Shown here: one piece after another, positions 58,083 to 62,510 of the stretch
Numbering within the stretch: position 1 is the first letter of the stretch
How the letters are laid out: every line of letters begins with the position of its first letter
DNA from: a virus
Taxonomy: Duplodnaviria; Caudoviricetes
IMG/VR virus record: IMGVR_UViG_3300025570_000014
Coordinates: 1 to 62,510 of that record
Strand: one strand, 5' to 3'
Length of the DNA: 62,510 nucleotides
Position numbers and translations under genes: made by a program
The notes under the pieces: generated by a model
Told to the model about the DNA's origin: nothing
Database searches by the model: none
What the model saw: only the letters and a program-made list of their open reading frames with translations

Positions 58083-58496
58083 TCAGCTAGGTAATTCTTC
58101 TCTAGTATCACCAGGATAAAGATCTTTATTTGCATTGAAAAATTCAGAGTAATCTTTATCTACATACTTTCCATAAGTAAAAAAATCACTATCTTTCCAA
58201 TAATCATCGGCCCAAATCTCAACCATATCTTCATTTTGGTATTTAAATATATCGTCCTTCGATAATTTTAAATCATACGCTACCTGACCTTTGGAAAGAT
58301 GGGTTATTAAAGACTGAATGATTTGATTTTTTTTATATTTAGAAAATTCAGATAATGGTTTTTTGGCAAAAGGATTTTTATCATAATAATCAATTACCTC
58401 TTGTGGTGGGTTGAATTTATTTATAAATTTAATATTACCATCATTTTCGTATAGCCTACCTTCAGTTATGTATTTTCTTAAATCGAAATTGTCCAT
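58083..58496 (-). CDS. Putative internal head protein
   Basis: MDNFDLRKYITEGRLYE leader. Confidence 0.55.
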   Translation of the reverse strand: MDNFDLRKYITEGRLYENDGNIKFINKFNPPQEVIDYYDKNPFAKKPLSEFSKYKKNQIIQSLITHLSKGQVAYDLKLSKDDIFKYQNEDMVEIWADDYWKDSDFFTYGKYVDKDYSEFFNANKDLYPGDTREELPS

Positions 58497-58510
58497 TTTA
58501 TTTTATTTTA

Positions 58511-58705
58511 TCAGATTTCTGTAAATCCTAAAGATTTAAGCATATCATATTCAAAATTATCTCTAATGTATTCTGCTAAGTCAGCACGTTCTTCATCGTG
58601 ACCCCCTGCATCAAGGATATTATGTATTTTGATAAACATGTCTGCTTGTATATCGTCATTTTCACCTTCTATAAGGAATCGTTGGAATTTAGTTAGTTTT
58701 TTCAT
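58511..58705 (-). CDS. Putative small internal head protein
   Basis: MKKLTKFQRFLIE leader; late motif upstream. Confidence 0.55.
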   Translation of the reverse strand: MKKLTKFQRFLIEGENDDIQADMFIKIHNILDAGGHDEERADLAEYIRDNFEYDMLKSLGFTEI

Positions 58706-58725
58706 TTTAGTTTTATTTATAAATA

Positions 58726-59871
58726 TTAGTTGAAATCAATTTCGTTATTAAATTCAATATCAACATCTTCATTAGAGGGTGAAATAAATTTAGTAATATA
58801 TTCAATTCCAGTATTAAGTAAACTTTTAACTTGGTTTACAGTTTTACTTAATAAATTTTCTTGAAGAGATTTTGAAGGATTAAAAATAAGAGATACTACA
58901 CTCCAAAATCTATATTTACCCGTTTTGCCTTTAGGATTTTCAGAAGATTTAAGGTCTGCGCTTTTAGTTGATGTAGATTTAAATCTTACAGTAAGATTTA
59001 TTTTATCTGCTATTTTAGCCACATATGAATCGTCATTAACTGAGTTAATAGAAGCTTTAGATAAGGAGGGGTCAGCAGATAATACCCAATCTGCGGAAGC
59101 AGCATCATTTACCCCAAATTTTTTATACCCAGACATAGCTTCTTTAGCAAAAGCTATTTTGAATTCTTCACTTTTATTAAATAAAGCTTGAAGTTTACCC
59201 CGCATTTCTTTATGTGCTTTATCTCCATCTATAATTATAGAGTCTTCACCTTGTTTTAAGCTTTGACCTACAGTACCCATTTTGGTTACCCCAGATTCAA
59301 CAAATTTATTAAAAGTATTTATTACATCTTGGGCTTCAGCAGAATCTAATAATTCAGGAGTATCCTCCATCGCAGCATAAAACGTAGCTAGAGACTCAGC
59401 TTTACCTCCACTCATTAATTGAGAAGGGCCTACTTTAACTGAGATCATTTTATCTCCTAAAATTACATCAGTTTTGGGAGTTGTATTTTTAGCTCCAAAT
59501 TTACTCCAAAAGGGGGTAATAGAAGTTTCTAATCCTCTTCCAGTCCCTTGAGCTGAGTCTCCTCCTGAAAGGTTTAGGTCTTGGATTATAGCTTCTGATT
59601 TTTTAACCATTTGAGGGTTTTGGGTTAATTTTTTAATTTCTTTGGGATCTATAGCTCCTTCTGGTGGGGTTAATTTATTTACATTATACCAAGCTTGGAC
59701 TAAAGCTGCTTCAAATAAAGTAGCATCACCTGTGTCTGCTTCATTTAAGTCAATCCCCATCTCCTTTAACATTCCCTCTAACATAAGCATATCCTGAGCA
59801 TCATTGATGTCAGGATATCCTTTTGGAAATTTGTATGAAACTTTCCTTAAAAATTTTTCTAATATATCCAT
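58726..59871 (-). CDS. PD-(D/E)xK-like nuclease-fold protein with a putative cleavable leader
   Basis: FEAAL ... PKTDVILGDKMISVK; the leader ends GIDLNE. Confidence 0.5.
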   Translation of the reverse strand: MDILEKFLRKVSYKFPKGYPDINDAQDMLMLEGMLKEMGIDLNEADTGDATLFEAALVQAWYNVNKLTPPEGAIDPKEIKKLTQNPQMVKKSEAIIQDLNLSGGDSAQGTGRGLETSITPFWSKFGAKNTTPKTDVILGDKMISVKVGPSQLMSGGKAESLATFYAAMEDTPELLDSAEAQDVINTFNKFVESGVTKMGTVGQSLKQGEDSIIIDGDKAHKEMRGKLQALFNKSEEFKIAFAKEAMSGYKKFGVNDAASADWVLSADPSLSKASINSVNDDSYVAKIADKINLTVRFKSTSTKSADLKSSENPKGKTGKYRFWSVVSLIFNPSKSLQENLLSKTVNQVKSLLNTGIEYITKFISPSNEDVDIEFNNEIDFN

Positions 59872-60215
59872 TATTTAACTTTCAACTGTTTTAATGTCAT
59901 AAAGATTTTAGAAATAGCACTTGGATCCCCAGACTTCATCATAGCGTTAAAAGTTTTTACTACTTCATCTTTATGTTTAATGTTAGTAATACCTTTCCCA
60001 TTAGCTAGTAAAGTAATAGCTTGTTTGAGAAGAGATGTATCTATGCTACTATCTAAATCAGCCATTTTTGTCGTAAAACTTAAAATAGGACCTGAGAGTT
60101 TTTCTGATCCTTTATCAGGAGTTTCTTCGGATACTTGTTCTAGGAGGGCTTCTTTTATAAGTTGTTTTAATTCTAATTTTCTCATTGTATTTTTTAATTC
60201 ACCGTAGGTTTCCAT
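59871..60215 (-). CDS. Hypothetical / putative head protein
   Basis: MRKLELKQLIKEALLE motif. Confidence 0.55.
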   Translation of the reverse strand: METYGELKNTMRKLELKQLIKEALLEQVSEETPDKGSEKLSGPILSFTTKMADLDSSIDTSLLKQAITLLANGKGITNIKHKDEVVKTFNAMMKSGDPSAISKIFMTLKQLKVK

Positions 60216-60217
60216 AA

Positions 60218-60721
60218 TTATAAATCTTCTACTGATGCCGGTACTGCAGGTTCAATATCAACACTAATGTCTTCACTTTCTCCACCTCCTATTGGATCTC
60301 CTCCAATTGGTTCGTCTAATTCTTCGTCTTTAGGAACAGTTGCAAATTGGTATCTTAATAATCTTGAAATGGCTTCACAAGCCTGTTGTTCTTCTGATAG
60401 GGATTCCAGCCAATATTTTTTACCCGCTACGTTTGCTGTGTAGAGTCCTTTATTGGCTTCGTCACCTTCATAAATTAAATAAAAATCTGCACCATTTACA
60501 AGCATAACTCTAAATGTAGTAGGTTTTGGTGCTACCCATTGAATGTCTTTAACGAAAGGTTCATATTGAAAATCAAATAAATCATCCATTACTCCCTTTA
60601 AAGAAGGGAAGCTATCAATCATAGGAAACTTATTAGGAACCAACTCAGGTTGGTCAGTCTTTTCAGCATAAATATCCTTAGCTAATAGACGGATTTTTTC
60701 TTTGAATTCCGACTTTTTCAT
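60218..60721 (-). CDS. Hypothetical / putative head protein
   Basis: MKKSEFKEKIR leader; WVAPKPTTFRV.L.NG; acidic tail. Confidence 0.6.
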   Translation of the reverse strand: MKKSEFKEKIRLLAKDIYAEKTDQPELVPNKFPMIDSFPSLKGVMDDLFDFQYEPFVKDIQWVAPKPTTFRVMLVNGADFYLIYEGDEANKGLYTANVAGKKYWLESLSEEQQACEAISRLLRYQFATVPKDEELDEPIGGDPIGGGESEDISVDIEPAVPASVEDL

Positions 60722-61383
60722 TATGATTTTTTTAATTTAGCAGTTACTTCTTTGAATAGTTCATCTTTAGTAATATCTCTACCTAATGCTTTTGTAAAGG
60801 CCTTTATCATATCGATTTCAGTACTAGCACCGCGTTTAAGTTGTTTAAGAACTCTTATTAATTCTCTTTCAGAAAAATCATAATCAACTTTAGCTTCAGC
60901 TATCGCTTTTTTACCTCTTAATTTAGCAATTGCATTATCAATGCGATTTAATTTTCTACCATACTCATTTGCAATTGGGCCTCCTTCTGGTTCAGCTTCT
61001 TGCTCCATATCTCTCATTAATTGAGCTTTTTCTTTTTCAAGAAATTTAATCTTAGAAGCATTTTTAACTGCTGCATAATTAGGATTAATAGATTTTTTAG
61101 GAGTTGATTTAGGAGCATTAGCTGCCTTTTCTCGCTCCATTCTATCTGCTCTTTGTTTTACTAAAACAGGATCATTAAAATCCATAAGTTCTTTTAAATC
61201 AAAGGTATCCTTAAACTTCATTACATGGTCCTCTTTTTTATTCTCTTCACCTTTAGTTAACTTACGTTCATTTTTAGGTGTTTGAGGCTTACCATGTTTA
61301 GCTATATTAGTAGCTAAAGCGTATGCTAAAGATGTTCTTTCATCTTTAGACATTTTTTCTAATTTAGTTTTTTCCTTAGCCAT
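60721..61383 (-). CDS. Hypothetical charged mosaic protein
   Basis: Short modules separated by (L/I)-x-E sites. Confidence 0.6.
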   Translation of the reverse strand: MAKEKTKLEKMSKDERTSLAYALATNIAKHGKPQTPKNERKLTKGEENKKEDHVMKFKDTFDLKELMDFNDPVLVKQRADRMEREKAANAPKSTPKKSINPNYAAVKNASKIKFLEKEKAQLMRDMEQEAEPEGGPIANEYGRKLNRIDNAIAKLRGKKAIAEAKVDYDFSERELIRVLKQLKRGASTEIDMIKAFTKALGRDITKDELFKEVTAKLKKS

Positions 61384-62105
61384 TATACCTCAGGTGTAAT
61401 TGCATCAAACTGTGTTTTAGAAGAGAATTTAGCTGAGTTAAGGATTTGGTTTGCTAATTCTACGAATCCTGCTTCTTTTGCTCGTCTAGCTATTACTACT
61501 AATTCGTCGGTCATACCATCTAATGTAGCTTCATCTGGGGTGGGTTCAAGTGATACTTCATCTTCAACTTCTACATCATCAGTTACATCAATATCAACAT
61601 CAACTTCTTCTTCTTCTTCAAGTTGAACATAGTCTGGTTTTTTCTTTTTAAAAGATTTAGGTTCGGATCCCGGATCAATATTTCCTGCTTCTGCTAAAAT
61701 TTCATTTTTAAGATATTCCTTAAATTCAGATCTTTTTATTTTACCTTCCATAGTAGAGGTTAATTTTTTAGTTATTTCAAGTTCTTTATTAAGTTCTTTC
61801 TGGCTATCTATTTCTTTAGAAGTTGCTTCACTCATTCGAAGAACTTCGTTTTTTAGATATTCTTTTAATTCAGATTTTTTCATTTTATTTATTTTTTTAC
61901 CTGCTTTTACAGCGGACTTATAATCATCGGAGTTACCATGAGAAGGTTTTCCACCTCGCTCTTTTTTAGCACGGATATTATCCCATAAACCCGGTTTTCC
62001 TTCTTCAAGTTTATTATACTTTATAGTATAACCCCCTTTAATGGTAATTTCTCCATCATTATGAAGTTTTTCCATATCATCCGAATTGAGTTGTATAGTA
62101 TTCAT
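61383..62105 (-). CDS. Hypothetical charged mosaic protein
   Basis: GLWDNIRAKK module; duplicated K.SE.KEYLKNE(V/I)L. Confidence 0.6.
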   Translation of the reverse strand: MNTIQLNSDDMEKLHNDGEITIKGGYTIKYNKLEEGKPGLWDNIRAKKERGGKPSHGNSDDYKSAVKAGKKINKMKKSELKEYLKNEVLRMSEATSKEIDSQKELNKELEITKKLTSTMEGKIKRSEFKEYLKNEILAEAGNIDPGSEPKSFKKKKPDYVQLEEEEEVDVDIDVTDDVEVEDEVSLEPTPDEATLDGMTDELVVIARRAKEAGFVELANQILNSAKFSSKTQFDAITPEV

Positions 62106-62126
62106 GTTGTTGATAAATATATAAAA

Positions 62127-62498
62127 TTATTTAATCTTTAAATTTTTTAAATATTCAAGTCCTTCTTGAAGTTGAGATTCAAGATCTTCTTTTTTAAAAC
62201 CACCTTTCCAACTTTCTACATCTCCTGATTCTGTAACGTATCCTTCACTATTTTCGTTTAATTTTTCTTTTATAAAAGATTCGTACTCAGAAATTACATT
62301 ATTAATATTACTATTGTGGATATTATTGTGATATTCTTCTAATTTACCTTGTTTTTGAAGTTCGGCTTCAAAATCTACTATACAATCAAAGCATTTCTGG
62401 TATGCTGGGAAGACTTTTTTATCAAGGTGTTTTTTCATGAGGGTATTACATTCCGGACAAAATAGAGGCATTTTCCCTATTTTTTTAAATTTGTCCAT
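62127..62498 (-). CDS. Zn-ribbon (CxxC...CxxC) protein, possibly the 3' part of a longer gene
   Basis: CPEC and CFDC; an in-frame TAA sits immediately before the ATG near the window edge. Confidence 0.6.
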   Translation of the reverse strand: MDKFKKIGKMPLFCPECNTLMKKHLDKKVFPAYQKCFDCIVDFEAELQKQGKLEEYHNNIHNSNINNVISEYESFIKEKLNENSEGYVTESGDVESWKGGFKKEDLESQLQEGLEYLKNLKIK

Positions 62499-62510
62499 TT
62501 AGTAATATTT

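Larger units (their letters stand above)
1032..62119 (-). promoter_or_regulatory. Dispersed putative late promoter, sense-strand TATTTAT (about 22 intergenic copies)
   Basis: Plus-strand ATAAATA starting at 1032, 6834, 6840, 7546, 17665, 18274, 22958, 25123, 26165, 26732, 28756, 28789, 31419, 38952, 44254, 45796, 47202, 49140, 51399, 57439, 58719 and 62113, each upstream of a minus-strand start. Confidence 0.85.

Noticed and set aside
4329-60207. Other short plus-strand ORFs (e.g. 23103..23609, 44390..44716, 54283..54615)
   Set aside because: They lie essentially wholly antisense to well-supported genes and show no recognisable motifs.
1-62510. Stop-codon reassignment, introns/inteins, tRNAs
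   Set aside because: Core genes are full length under the standard code, terminase/portal/capsid are uninterrupted, and no cloverleaf was found by eye in the short intergenic gaps.

Overview
A 62.5-kb, AT-rich segment of a large T4-like myovirus. Every credible gene is on the minus strand. In transcription order (right to left) it holds: an array of small acidic putative internal-head proteins; a fibre/cupin/histone-H1-like/FAD-oxidoreductase/kinase block; two membrane proteins; terminase, portal, prohead protease, scaffold and major capsid protein; an amidinotransferase-family + PSD-like decarboxylase + PhoH operon; an adhesin block (SHAEG repeats, C1q-like, DUF285); neck, sheath, tube, chaperone, tape measure and baseplate genes; a 3116-aa proline-free Gly-X-Y (GSS/GTS) fibre with four repeated Cys-containing spacer domains; a GT4 + Aah/TibC-like heptosyltransferase fusion; a minimal family A DNA polymerase; and a partial gp32-like SSB. 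A Bacteroidota host is inferred from TTG-N20-TATATT(T/A)A promoters, A-rich SD-less start regions, an Hc1-like protein and a Q-rule signal peptide. About 22 copies of a sense-strand TATTTAT motif look like the late promoter. The best candidate for a new system is phage-encoded Ser/Thr O-glycosylation of a giant virion fibre. All family assignments come from motif recognition by eye, not database searches. No tRNA, rRNA or CRISPR array was recognised.
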